A stretch of DNA of 64,000 nucleotides from Tubulanus polymorphus (Eukaryota > Animalia > Nemertea). The notes below the pieces were generated by a model. It had not been told where the DNA came from and did no database searches. It saw nothing but the letters and a program-made list of their open reading frames with translations. The DNA lies in contig NC_134030.1 in the NCBI RefSeq assembly GCF_964204645.1, positions 16,988,110-17,052,109 on the forward strand, given 5' to 3'. Every line of letters begins with the position of its first letter. Within the stretch, counting starts at the first letter, position 1. Of the stretch, positions 42,601-54,240 are shown piece by piece. A program made the translations under genes and the position numbers.

Positions 42601-45600
42601 TTCTGTACGATACTTTAAGGACTTCGGTGTCTTGTTTATCATAAGCTATTGCGTTTGAATCCCACTATAACCGTTTTTGTGCAGCATATGAAAAAAAGAA
42701 GCGGACGGATTATGGGGGCTTGAGGAGTCTTAGGCAGGGCTATAAACCCCGTAATGATTCGTTTGTTTGATTATTTTCAGTTCACCACAGGTTCCTCACG
42801 GTCGGTTCATTTTCACAGAGGGCAGCAGCGGTCAGTCGTCGGAACTGTCTCAACTTGCTTCGCAAGGGGGTTAGTTGATTAATCTTTTAAATCAATGACT
42901 TACTCAAATTCAAAGTTGGGACGCAAAAATAGTGACAACTTCAGTAATGTGTTCACTTCTGATCACTTACACTTAGTAAATGGAATTAGAAATACAAATT
43001 TGATTTCAAAAATAGTAAAGATTTCAGTAATTTGACAATGCAATTGACAATTTAAAGTGAATTTAAATTGCTAATACAAATTTGGACTCAAAAATAAAGA
43101 TTACTTTATTAACCCTTTCAATATTAGTAACTAACGATACACTGCGCCGCGGTGTAGACGCACTATAGTGGTACGCCCGTTTTTCAACACTAGGGTGGAA
43201 TTTTTCAAAATTTCCAAATCATCTCCAGCACTATAGGGTATTGATTAGTCAGCACTGAAAGGGTTAATGGGATGACTTATCCAAATAACTACTAAACCCT
43301 TTCAGTGCAGTGAATAATTTGGTGATGGGTTTTGCTAGTATACTGCATCCCAGTGTATCAATGTGATTAGTAGTTAGTTAGTCTGTAATGAAAGATGACA
43401 GCACCTGTAAATATAAGTAACTAACTATACTCCGCGCTGCGGTGTAGATGCACTATAGCCGTATGCCTCTTATACAACACAATTGGATGGAATTTTGAAA
43501 ATTTTCAAATGATCACCAGCTCTTTGAACATCTATTTAATTGTTGCAGCTCTTGGGATGGATGACACGCGGATGGATTTAACCCAATTCGATGAAGGAAA
43601 TCGAAATGCATCAACCACAACTTCGCCAGTGCCACCACCTGTAGTTGTGACAGCGCCTGCCGAACCGCAGCAGACGACCGCGTCTGAGACACGAGAAACC
43701 GACGGAGCAGCAGCAGAGGTTGACATCACACCACAGGTCGAATCAACCAGTGATATATTCAATGATGAAACATATACACCAAACGAGGAAAGGTTCGTGT
43801 TTTAAGAAGGGTCCGTGCGACTCCTTGATTTTTAGCCCACTTGGGACATTAGTCCCAGCAGGCTATTGCATTCACTTTTCGTCCATCCATCAAAGACGGA
43901 ATCCAGTTATTTTGGGAAGTTTTGAAGACCCTTCAATGTAATGTCTTGATAGTTGGGTTACAAATGTATCTACCCTAGACGCATCTTCAGCCCAAAAACT
44001 GGCTCTGTCAGATTCAAGATGGCCGACTGGCAGCCATTGTTGTTTGCCAAAATCAGCACTTTTTACACATATTTCAGGTTTTAGGGGGAAATTTTGAAGA
44101 CGCTTTGATCAATTTTCTTGATCTTTCATAGGTTTTTTGTATCCCCCAAGGGCCTATCAGCATGAGAAAAATTGGGTCGATCAGACTGAAGATGGCCGTC
44201 CTGTGACCTTTTTGTGCCCTAAGACAGGTATTTTTGATCAGCCAATTATGATGCAATTGGTGGCCATCTTGGTGTCTTCAGTACTCATTCGTAGGTGGAA
44301 AAAGTATTTCCACATTATATTGATACCTAAGCATATTTTGTTACCACAATCAATGCAAAGTTGTAGCTCATGACATGGTCTATGATTGTGGTGAGTTTTA
44401 AGGTCATTAGTTATTGTATAAGGTCACCAGGGGACATTGGATAATAGAATAACTTAGTATTTCCTTATCATTTTGGTACCTAGGCATATTTTGTTTCCAT
44501 AATCAATTGCTAAATTGTAGCTCATGACATGCTTCATGTTTGTAGTGAATTTCAAGGTCAGTGAGTTTTGCATATGGTCACCAGGGGCATTGAATAGTAG
44601 AATAACTTAGTATTTCCATATCATATTGGTACCGAGGCATATATTGTTATCACAAACAATTGCAAAATTGTAGCTGCTGACATGTTCTACAGTGTTGCCA
44701 CTTCTCCGGATTTCTCCGGAATTCCGGATTTTAAAAAAATCCAATTTCATTTCCGGATTTTCGGGAGAAGTCAAATAACCACAAAAGAAAACATCGCAAA
44801 AAAATTAAAATAAATTTGGGATTCGACCCTAAACATCAAAACGTGACGGCTCCGTAGAGGGTTCGAAAAAGCCGTATTGTGCTGCCACGTAGTGGAAACA
44901 ACCCGGCAGTACACGATTAAACCAAGATGACGCGACGATCGAAATCGACTGACGCTTCGTTTGTTTTTTGGCTCTGGTTTATATATGAGGTGTATTTGAC
45001 GGAACCAATCGCTATTTGAAAAAATGATCTATAGGCGGTAATGAAAGTGAGGCCTATAACGCGTATTGCGCCAGAACGCATCTGCTGGCGTTCTAATCTC
45101 AAAAAAATTTTTGGGGGAGGGCCCCCAGACCCCCGACTTATTTTCCGGATTTTTAGCTTCACATAAGTGGCAACTCTGGTTCTATGATTGTGGCCTATTT
45201 TCAAGGTCATTGGTTTTTGTGTGGTCACCAGGGGGCGTTGAATGTTCAAATTGTTAGATTAAGCATTTGAAACCACTTTTCAAGTGGGAATAGTGTCTCT
45301 GGACCCCTGGTTTTAGCTCTGCTGTGACAGCTAATGGGTTAAGGGATTAACTATCTTCGTTCGTTCATTCGTTTGTGCGGCCGTCAACTTTTAAGCCACG
45401 TTTGTTTTGGTCCCTCCCCCCTATGTCTTCAAATTGCCACTAGTCCTCCAGTTTTAATGAGATCAATGCCTAATTTGGTAGAATATTATAACTCGTAATC
45501 TGATAAAAGAATGCCCGTAACACATAATTTGCCTGTATCTTTGATCTTAGTGTGTTGCATTTAGGTTGAAATTTGGAAAGTATCGAGCTCAGGAAATGCT

Positions 45601-47275
45601 GTCTGCCTGTCAGCGAATTGTTTCTATCAGTTTTACACTGTAGGTGCTTGCAGACGGATTTATTCAAATGTTGTTCATAACGCAGTTTGTGTTTTACACT
45701 GACTGGGGAGGGGGTGTAGACTTGTCACTGCAGGGTTCAAAATAAAAAATAGCCAAGATCTTATTTCTTGAAAGCACAGTGCGAGTGAGGGATTTTCTAG
45801 ATGAAAATTACCAGTTAGCCTGCATATTAGCTACGCAAACTGTGCCGTTTGAAGATACTGTACTCTTGGGGTATCCTGAGTTATAGTTAGCAGTAGGTCT
45901 AGTGACAAAGGTGCTGTAAACACGGGGTAAGGTGAGCGGTATCTTGACTCATGTAGTGAAACAAACATACTTACAAATTGACGGACAAAATGAAAAGAAA
46001 ATCCTGTACATGATGTGTGCAGTAGAACAAAAAATTTGATTAGAAACTCAAACTTGTTTTCACTGGCAAATGAATGACCATCTCACCACTACTGCTAGTC
46101 AATTTTAAACATCTGTCTTCCATCATATGGATCTAATCAACCTCTTGTTGAAATTAGGTGCCTTTGAATTTAAAAAGGGCAGAATTTTGGGGGTCGAATG
46201 GAGGGCTTTTTACAATACCTTCCATTTCCTCTTGCCCCAACAGATTTTCCATATTATAATCTTCCCTGTTTCTGTTTTAGATCATCAACCGCGGTCACTT
46301 TTACCACGACTGAACAAACAGTAACAGACGACACGACTGTCGCCCCAGATGTAGAGTCAACCGGTGACATTGTCATCGATGACAATTCATCAGCGCAACA
46401 ATCGATCATCACAAGCGTCCCAGTCGCTGTTGCTACAGACGATCACTCATCAGATTTGCACAGCGATAGTCAAAGTATGTTTTAGAAATTAGAGCTAGCA
46501 CCTGGCTTTTAGAAACAAGATTTATCAAATTCAAATTATCCAACTATGACCATTGATGAACCACTCTAAGGATTATATGTCAAGAAATGATACCTTGTTT
46601 CTCCTAATCCGCCGCATCATTTTGAAAAGTGCAGTAAAATTTGAAATCCAGTTCATTTCTATAGCTGCTGGGTGTGTCATTGAGAAATGGATCATGAGTT
46701 TCAATAAAAAGTAATGTGTAGAATAGATAGGCGGCCTGCCTGTTCAACGCAGCAGGAAAGAGAAACAAGATATCAATTTAGAGTATGAAATATTTGCGAC
46801 TATATCCTAACAGTCATCTTAAGGAATACTGATGTTGTCCTCATTGAAACCATTGTTCCTTGTGTTTTTGATTGGATCCTTCATTTCATTTTCCTATTTT
46901 CTGTTTTTATAACAGAATTTATCAAATTCCCTTTGTATTATATTTTCAGCTGCTGCGAATCAACGACGAATACAACCAATTGTCTGGGACGTTGCCCCGG
47001 CAACGACAACAATGACATCGACCACCCCCATGACGACAGCTCCGATTCAGCGGATCCAATCAATTCAGACACTCGATAGTGGGAATCCACGCCAGTCATC
47101 GCAGATGAATCAACCGGTGCTGCAGCAACAACGAATGCACAACAATCAATCGATTATGGTACATCGCGGCGGGGCTCACAGAGGTCGCGGGGGAACCGCA
47201 AGACGCAGTCGACAATTCAGCGGTCCTAGACGCGGTGGTAACCGTGGTAACCGTGGCAATATGGGGCGATATTAA
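668..47275 (+). CDS. TPR: Nucleoprotein TPR (Tpr/Megator/Mlp1 nuclear-basket coiled-coil protein), multi-exon, 5' part lies before the window
   Basis: Exons traced by hand with GT-AG ends and consistent phases: 668-841, 1626-1766, 2238-2348, 3998-4205, 4478-4572, 12970-13024, 13113-13210, 13367-13576, 13910-13987, 14184-14294, 14664-14782, 17746-17893, 18257-18394, 18717-18901, 19130-19234, 19478-19519, 19610-19700, 19966-20289, 20824-21093, 21460-21533, 22914-23113, 23211-23327, 24365-24461, 33755-33824, 36460-36537, 37246-37410, 37794-37998, 41879-41988, 42074-42174, 42781-42869, 43549-43792, 46281-46474, 46950-47275. TPR motifs: [73 protein letters not shown], acidic block, [32 protein letters not shown]-terminal RGG/RGN tail. 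Confidence 0.95.
2399..2903. mobile_element. Non-autonomous TIR element (hAT-like MITE)
   Basis: TIRs CAAAGCTGCCAACCC / GGGTTGGCAGCTCTG, flanked by direct repeat AATTAG. Confidence 0.65.
3149..3760. mobile_element. Tc2/pogo-like MITE
   Basis: TA-CCGTATTTTCCGG...CCGGAAAATACGG-TA with subterminal AATAAGCCGA repeats; a related copy in the opposite orientation is at 40153-40738. Confidence 0.85.
5276..12831 (+). mobile_element. Degenerate DIRS1-like tyrosine-recombinase retrotransposon
   Basis: Left ITR (5276-5400) is the reverse complement of 12680-12790. ICR at ~12528-12625 is complementary to both outer ends. Remnants: RT ([14 protein letters not shown] ~9500-9670) and YR ([15 protein letters not shown] ~11170-11310), with many stops and deletions. 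Confidence 0.88.
5426..6696 (+). mobile_element. Helentron-associated (HINE/DINE-1-like) non-autonomous element nested in the DIRS copy
   Basis: TTTTTAGCCCACTTGGG 5' subterminal repeat with GGGACT-TT-AGTCCC hairpin; (GTCC)n microsatellite; 154-bp tandem units (anchors 6140, 6294, 6448, 6602); 3' CCCAAGTGGGC and CTAGTTTT end. Confidence 0.8.
13367..13576 (+). CDS. TPR: TPR exon with the TPR/MLP1/MLP2 domain core
   Basis: taacag|AAC...GAG|gtaatt; encodes [20 protein letters not shown]. Confidence 0.95.
14320..14580. repeat. ~88-bp tandem repeat, about 3 diverged copies
   Basis: Recurring aattttaccagtct...tatttcacaaactcttact.agtatttg units. Confidence 0.65.
15787..17320. repeat. Dispersed non-coding repeat family with a local partial duplication
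   Basis: 15787-16655 matches 21605-21850 plus 22660-22880; 15985-16315 is repeated at 16982-17318. Confidence 0.65.
21870..22654 (+). mobile_element. Second HINE-like family with ~145-bp satellite array (about 5 units)
   Basis: 5' T-run, (GTTC/GTCC)n tract, units anchored at cttcaaatcgctact (21951, 22097, 22242, ...), CCCCTAG end; splits the repeat family above; related 5' fragment at ~45311-45520. Confidence 0.72.
23498..24036. mobile_element. Tigger/pogo-like MITE
   Basis: TA-CAGTAAAACCTC...GAGGTTATACTG-TA with repeated AGTGAACACCTCT subterminal motifs. Confidence 0.75.
26953..29168 (+). pseudogene. DIRS gag-like ORF1 (frameshifted)
   Basis: N-terminal Cys/His cluster ([13 protein letters not shown]), Ser/Arg/Pro-rich middle, basic C-terminus overlapping the pol start; split over several ORFs. 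Confidence 0.7.
29160..31198 (+). pseudogene. DIRS pol: reverse transcriptase, RNase H and Dam-like methyltransferase domain
   Basis: RT: [29 protein letters not shown]. RNase H: [30 protein letters not shown]: DLFAT, DAFSLDW, YAFPP, LVAPCWP. Frameshifts near 29700 and 30765. Confidence 0.93.
30673..31920 (+). pseudogene. DIRS tyrosine recombinase, C-terminally truncated
   Basis: [46 protein letters not shown]; similarity stops after ISRDTV (~31825), with no HxxR or catalytic Tyr. Confidence 0.88.
32807..33378. repeat. Tandem duplication of a ~287-bp unit
   Basis: cttaaatttttaactatttctac...aaaaaggtac occurs twice head-to-tail with high identity. Confidence 0.85.
34299..34918. mobile_element. 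hAT-like MITE
   Basis: TIRs CAGAGTTGCC / GGCAACTCTG; near-identical, internally deleted copy at 44690-45178. Confidence 0.8.
38805..39030. mobile_element. Penelope-like pLTR remnant with inverted duplication
   Basis: ~58-bp inverted repeat (38805-38862 vs 38936-38993) brackets the hammerhead. Confidence 0.65.
38869..38910 (+). ncRNA. Minimal type-I hammerhead ribozyme (Penelope pLTR type)
   Basis: ACAC-CTGAGGA-T-GATCTC-tagggt-GAGATC-GAAAC-GTC-GTGT: CUGANGA and GAAA cores, 6-bp stem II, stem I ACAC/GTGT, GUC cleavage triplet. Confidence 0.8.
39684..41854 (+). mobile_element. HINE family-1 copy with nested TIR element (~39715-41380) and nested Tc2-like MITE (40153-40738)
   Basis: TTAGCCCGCTTGGGACTTTAGTC start resumes as GGGCTATTGCGTTCAC at ~41383; ends CCAAATGGGC...CTAGTTT; inner TIR CTGCGATTTTTAAAGTGGTG / CACCGCTTTGAAAAACGCAG. 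Confidence 0.7.
42074..42174 (+). CDS. TPR: TPR exon with conserved C-terminal VPSTPTL/DGFAEA motif
   Basis: cag|AAT...CAG|gtaaaa; encodes [33 protein letters not shown]. Confidence 0.93.
43829..45314 (+). mobile_element. HINE family-1 copy with nested hAT-like MITE (44690-45178)
   Basis: Colinear with 5426-6696, including the satellite units; the MITE duplicates GTTCTA of the host unit. Confidence 0.82.
46950..47275 (+). CDS. TPR: TPR last coding exon (RGG/RGN-rich tail)
   Basis: ttttcag acceptor, phase matches the previous exon; RRIQPIVWD...[14 protein letters not shown]. Confidence 0.88.
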
Positions 47276-48058
47276 ACTGTGCCTGCATTTGAAACGTACC
47301 GGTACTCAATTCAAAATCATGGATAATTTGAAAATATGGTGCGGCGTATCATTAGTTACTAATATTTCACTGATCAGTCAACAATACTTATCATATTGCA
47401 TTTTCCACAAATAGAACTTTTAAATATAAGGAAAATTGGTAGTTTATGTAATACCTTGATTTCTGAGCAGAAACTATACTATAATGTCATGTAAATTTAT
47501 TGAGTTTGGTAATTTGTGTTGGATCTCCTAATCTTGAAATTGAGTTTAGATGGGTTCTGCTTCCCACACGGATGTAGAGTTCCTGAGGAGCGTGGTTAGT
47601 TTTAGCCCAGAGTTTACCCATGGAGTCCGATTACTGGAACCAAAGGTGGATCAGTGTTGACACCGTGCTGTGCTGCCGCTATGCTCATCGTTGGGGGAAA
47701 TTTCGAACACGACTCTGTATTGAAAGGTGCTTGCTCACTACACCGCAGGCTGCAAATTTTTTTCACAAAAGAGTTTCTGCCATTTTGTTCGCAAAGAGGA
47801 TGCTCTGCTGTGTTTGTAAAGACGATAGATACACTGAAACCACTGAACGCATCGTCAAGAGCTCTGTTGAGTAGGCCTTCATTTATCCAGTGTAAACTTG
47901 TCAAATAGAAAACCTCAAGACATCGATCTCGCCCTATGCTGCATTATTTTAGTAAACGCTATTTTCGATAAAATATATTGTGACGTCATAGTTTTCGATA
48001 CTAATTCCAACGGATTTTGTAGATCCCAGTCGAGACCGGGCACAAAAGTACTGTTTCG

Positions 48059-48475
48059 TGTTGGAAGGGTCCGAACCTCCGAGAATATGACACTAACAAA
48101 ATAGTTACAGCTACAGATATACAACTTTATTTTCACTCACATGCCACAAGCATTCATAATGTCTCCCTTTCTTAAAAGCAATGTCAGAATTACAACAAAT
48201 TACTTTAATCCAATAAAATCACAACTTGATAATTAAGCAACATTCTCATATTAACTAGATTTTATATAATTAGTGGTAGTCGTGAGATAGTGTTACTATC
48301 TGATGTGCTTTTCGGTACTGCCTCGATCTGCGGACGTGACGATTCCTGTATATTCGTGGCCTCGGGTATTAATGGACTCGGTGCCATAGATTGATACTCT
48401 TGGATGTGTACCCGGCTTCGGCGGTATCAGCGGCCCATCACATTCAACTAGGTATGATCGGAGTAATTGGTAAAT
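48059..48475 (-). mobile_element. Gypsy-like LTR retrotransposon 3' remnant
   Basis: Minus strand reads RSYLVECDG/(fs)GR*YRRSRVHIQ (integrase C-terminal motif), then purine tract AAGAAAGGGAGA and a ~100-bp LTR-like segment with AATAAA ending in CA. Confidence 0.5.
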
Positions 48476-48546
48476 CAGGGGTTAAGACCAGAGGTCCTGA
48501 GGTCAACACACCACTCATCACCACAAGTTATTTTTTTTTCTTATAA

Positions 48547-48873
48547 ATGGGAGATAGAAAAGCATTCTTAGCAACAATAAATAACAGCATAAAACCAGCA
48601 AAAAACAATTTGAAACAAAAAAGTTAGTCGATGTTACAAAAGAAATTGAATACAAAATATTGAAATTAGAAAAAATTAAAAACTAAATATGGAGATGAAA
48701 TATCAGCAAATTTAAGTAACTGTAATGTTAGTACAATGCGAGAATTTAAAGTATTTTTACCTGATAAATGGGTTTCATTGAGTACAGAGGAATTAAAAGA
48801 TTTAGAAGGATTCAAAATAATCTATCATGGAAAAAATGAAGATGGTCATCATGATTTAGAAATTGTTGATTAA
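48547..48873 (+). pseudogene. Small viral ORF, possible OB-fold ssDNA-binding protein (copy 1, frameshifted)
   Basis: MGDRKAFL.../KKLVDV..YKILK..TKYG..VFLPDKW...EIVD*; fold is inferred from the TKYG...VFLP pattern only. Confidence 0.5.
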
Positions 48874-51800
48874 AAAAATAAATTGATAATAAAATTAAAT
48901 AAATATCAAGAATCCGAAATGACTTATCTGGACAATTTAATTGATCGAGGCACTGAAGAGAACGGTCGATAGTGTGTTTGCTATATACAGTGATTGCGCG
49001 TAACAACTAGCTGCGCTCGGATAGATCGATGTGGCGAGGCACTGACGAGAACGGTTGATAGCGTGTTTGCTATATACAGGGGGAAGGTGACCGCGCTCGG
49101 ATGGACCCGGTTCATTTAATTGTTTCAAAATAGAAATATTGTTAAAATGAATTAAAATTATTTTTTTGCTTTTTTAGATCATTCATCTCCACAAGTAATT
49201 TTTTTCCCAATAAATGGGAGAAGTGAGTACCAGACAGAAAACATTGATGTTAATAAAAATCAATATTATTGTGCGTACTGTAAAAAATTCATCGATAAAT
49301 CTCAAAAATCGCGCCATGAAAAAACTGAAAATCATATAAAAAATGTTATAGATTTTGAAACTTCAGAAAATTCCAATGAAAGAAAAGAACGATTAGAAAA
49401 TATGAATGTGGATGAAATAAAATGTGAAGTTTGTAATGAATTTATAACAAAAAGGAATTATAAAAGACATCTCGAATCACAAAAACACCAACAAAATTTA
49501 AGTAATAATATTTTAGGAACAGATTATTTTGATGATAAATCTCAACAAGTAAAAAAACCAGTTTCAAAAACTAAATCTATTTCAAATAAACCTTACATGG
49601 AAAATGTTAGAAATTATATCGATTCACTAGAAATAAAAGATACAATTGAAATTTTAGAAACATTACGTAGTAAAATTGGTCCTGCATCTATTATATTTAG
49701 ATTTTTTAAAGGAGCAACAATAGAGGATTATAGTAAATTTATTGAAATCATGGAAAAAATAATAGATTTTGTTACAGATGTTGAATATCCAAATATTAGT
49801 ATTTCTGGAAAAGTTAGTTTTATAAAATCAGAAGTAAAAATGGGGTATAATATTGAAACACACTGAAGAAATAATTTCAAAAACACAAATAAAAGAGAAA
49901 TTATAAAAAATATTTAATGAATTTAAACGACATATTGAAGAAAGATATTTTGAGGGTTCTGGCTTATCATTGAATGAAATTATATTTTTAGATTTAAATA
50001 TTTATAATAAAAAAGAAATAAAACATCAAAAAGTAATAAAATGTTTAAAAATGATTCAAACTTTACAACAGAAAAGGGTATTAAAGCATCGTCTTATATT
50101 AAATTGCCAATTAAAACTATTGCAGTAATAGATGTGCAGAATGATGATAATAAATGTTTTCTGTGGGCGAAAATGTTTTAAGTTGCTTACACCCAGCAGA
50201 AGATATTACGCATCGTTTTAGTTTAACAGATTATCGGAAATACGAAATATTATAAAAAAATTGCTCAATATCCAGTATCTAAAGATGATTCTTAAAATAG
50301 AAAAAGTTAATAATTTAAAAATAAATGTTTTCGAATTAATGCAATTACCAAAGACAAAAGGTGAAAATATTAAAGATACATTAGAAGCTTTATATTTAAC
50401 AGAATATTATGACGATAAAAATGTTATAGATTTGTTATATTACGAAAAAGATGAAAATGAACATTATATGTGGTTAAAACAAATTGATTTATTCTTTAGA
50501 ACAGAAAGTGATCATCATAATAAAATTTATCTATGTAGAAAATGTTTATCTTAATTTATGACAGAAAATGCGTTACTACAACATAAAGAATTATGTGATA
50601 ATAAAGATTTTTGCAAATTAATAATGCCAACAAAAAAAGATTGTAAGTTGAAATTTATTAATCATAAATTTAGAAATATTCCTCCATTTGAAATTTATGG
50701 GGATTTTGAATCGTTTAATAAAGAATTAACTGATCAAGATAGAAAAGAAATATACAATAAAAAGCAATTACTAAAATCAATGGATAAAGGAAATGAATTA
50801 AATGAAGACATAGTTCAAGATCCACCAATCATAAATACAATTAAAACAGTTCATCAAAGAGCTGCTGCTTATGGAATTTATATAAAATCAAATTATCCTG
50901 AATTATATGAAGGTCAATATATTTCTTTTAGAGGTGAAGATGTAGTTAATTAATTTTGTAATAAAATTATAGAATTAGAAAGTGATTTTGCACAATTATT
51001 TAACAAAAATAAAAGAATAGTTATGACAAAAGAAGATGAAATTGATTTTAATTATGCAAGTCATTGTTGTTACTGTGAAAAACGTTATTATTCATTTGAT
51101 AAAAAAGTTAGAGATTATGATCATTTAAATTCAAAATATCGTGGAGCTGCTCATGAAGATTGAAATTTACAAGCTAAAAAAGTATATTTTGTACCAATAT
51201 TATTTCACTATTTATCAAGATATGATACTCATCTATCTATATAACAATTATCAGGAAAATTAGGTGCAATTAATCTAGAAACAAAGAATATAATGCTATG
51301 AATTATTTAAATGTAAGAAAATATGATTTTAAACTACTAGCTAAAACATTCTGAAAATTATATTTCATTTCAATTTGGTTGCATTCGATTTTTAGATTCT
51401 TATAGATTTTTAGCAAGTTCATTAGATAATTTAGCAAAAAGTTTAGTTGATAATGATTTTGTAATAACTCGACATTATTATCCAAATGAACAAGATTTTA
51501 AATTATTGAGATATAAAGCAATTCCTTATTCATTTTATAAAACACATGATGATTTAATGTAACAGAATTATTAAAAGAACAATTTTATGATCAACTAAAA
51601 GAGGAGTATGTGAAAGATGAAGTTTTTAATAGAACATGAAATATTTGGAATCATTTTAAGATAAAAAATCATGGTGAATTAGTAGATTTAAATTTAAAAT
51701 CAGATGTTATGTTATTGGCTGACATATTTGAAAAATTTAGAGAAGTTAATTTAAATCATTTTAATGTTGATCCTTGTTATTTTTATTCAAGTCCTGGTTT

Positions 51801-51949
51801 AACCTGGCAATATGGTGTAAAATATACAAATGTAGAATTAGATTTATTAAAAGAACCAGACGTGGTTTTATTATTTGAAAAATCAATTAGAGGTGGAATT
51901 AGTGGTGTTATGTGAGATAGACATTTTAAAGCAAATGAATATAAATTAT

Positions 51950-54240
51950 TTTTCGAGTATACCAGGTTCGATCCAAACTACTAACAACGTACTAACTGAC
52001 TGACAGTACTAACAACGAGGCGTATTTCTCATAGTGAACTAACTCAGTTTTGACTTTATTTCCCCCTTTATAGTTACAGAATCAGCTGAACAGTAAATTG
52101 AACAAACAAGCGTGAACAGCAGTACAGGTTGTTCGGTTGTTCGCTTTATAATAAGGATTACAGGATATTACAATCTACAATACATAAAACATAATACACA
52201 CATATATATTCAGTTATTACTATTTCCAACATCCTCCCCGCCGCAAACGATGGCTTTTATCCTATCAGAGGCGAGTTTTGCTGCACGTCTCGAACTGCGT
52301 CTCGTAGCTCTATCTGGAACCGCGTTGGGAATGATGACGGTCTCCTCCAACTCGCTTTCACTGTTGATCTCCAGCGGATACAGTTTGTTTATTGGTCTAG
52401 AGGTTCGTCCTGAAGTTGTGCGAATAATTGAGGAACGAACTTTGTTATCTAGTCCGCGGTTTAGGTTTTCCACGATCGCTAATTTCCAATTGATACGCGG
52501 TGTATCTGCGTGCACTTGGACCAAATCGCCTATTTGATCACTTCGTTATAATCACCTGATGACAAGTGCCGCTCTCTTAGTGCCGTCAAATATTCATGGT
52601 GCCATCTAGCCCAGAAGTGCTTTATCAACTGAGTACGACGAACGAAACGCGTGTTCAACTGAGTAAACCCGTAATCTGGATCACTCAAATCGTCGTCATC
52701 CACGAGAGGATGAGGTAAACCAGTCAATCGGCGACCATGCAGCAAATGGGAGGGTGTTAGGAGGTACTCAATTCATCAACAGATACATGTGCTCTTCCTA
52801 ATGCCTTTTTAAGACAAGACTTTACAATACCCACCAGACGCTCCCAAAAGCCCCCATGCCAAGGGGCACGCTTTGGTATGAAACGCCATTCTACCCGTTT
52901 AGACGCCATTAACCGCTTAATTTCGGATGACTGTAGTAGCTCGTTCAATTCATTTGAAGCGCATGTATATGTTGACGCATTATCACTGATAACAACTCTC
53001 GGCAACGACCTCCGTGCAGAAAATCTGCGAAAAGCTTGGATGAATGAATCAGCACTAAGATCAGAGACTAGTTCAAGGTGAATGGCACGTGTTACCGCGC
53101 ATGTGAATAGGCAAATATAAACTTTTGCATAACCCGAACTTGTTTTGACATTCAATGCCCCAGTATAATCGACACCCGAGATTGAAAATGGTGGAGATTC
53201 ATTCACCCGTACCGCTTGTAATGGAGCAGGATCTGGTAAGGCTTGCTTAACAACAGCCTGCAAGTAAAACAAGATCGTAAGACAGAATTCACACACTGAC
53301 GAATACTAGGAATCAAGTATTTTTCTCTGATGAAATAAATAGTTTCACCCGGACCCGCATGCATGATTAAACAATGCGCATATTTTATGTACAAGCGAGT
53401 AAAATGACTGTATTTCGGCAGCAAAGCAGGGAATTTTGATGAACTTAGCAATTGAGAGTTATGAATTCTCCCCTCGGAGCGCAAAACCCGGTTTTTGTCT
53501 AGAAACAATTTTAATTGTTTCGCAATAGCGGGTAATTTCCCTTCAGATTCAATAACGTGAATAACTTGGCCATATTCTTTCTTTTGGCAACTAATCAACC
53601 ATAGTGTTTCAGCCGACTCTAATTCGTTTACATCGATTATATCAGTATTAATGAGCCGCTTCATACACTTATCAACGAACCGTTTTACGTAAGCCGTAAC
53701 TGTAAGCAGTTTACTCAATGAACTGTAACTTTCAATATCAATAATTTCAGAAATGTCATTTAGAGTATCTGTACTAAGCGCACAAGTTTCTAAACAATTA
53801 GAAATACAATCTGATTCATCACCAGTATTCAAACGGTCCTGATTAAAGTTTGTATACGAATTAGTCACTTCTATCAAATCTGGACCATACCACCATAATG
53901 ACGATTCTTTCAGAATATCTATTGACATGCCTCTCGTCAACAGGTCAGCGGGATTCTGACTTGTTTCACAATAGTGCCAATTAGTCAAAGCAACCAGTTG
54001 TCTGATTTCCGATATCTTATTTGAGACAAATACCGGAAGTTTCTTAGTCGAAAACAGCCAATGTAACACTGTACTATTTGACTATCGGACCAATAGTGAA
54101 CATCTAAGTCCAAATCTGTCAGTGATTCTACAATGAATGAAGACAAACGCGCAGCTGAAAGTGCTGCTCGTAATTCAAGTTCTGGTACAGTGCGTGATTT
54201 GATGGGCGCTACTCGGTTTTTCGACATAACAAGACTAACG
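51950..54240 (-). mobile_element. BEL/Pao LTR retrotransposon fragment (RNase H, integrase, 3' LTR) inserted in polB
   Basis: SKNRVAP..VPELEL, YWSDS, NPADLLTRG, HAG..C..C, GVDYTG, TRAIHLELV, SDNA, PWHGGFWERLV, FWARW..EYL, RPINKLYPLE; PPT GGCGGGGAGGA then TG-starting LTR from 52231 down to ~51950. Confidence 0.93.

Noticed and set aside
47565-48050. Overlapping short ORFs downstream of TPR
   Set aside because: No recognisable motifs or splice structure; probably UTR, intergenic or repeat sequence.
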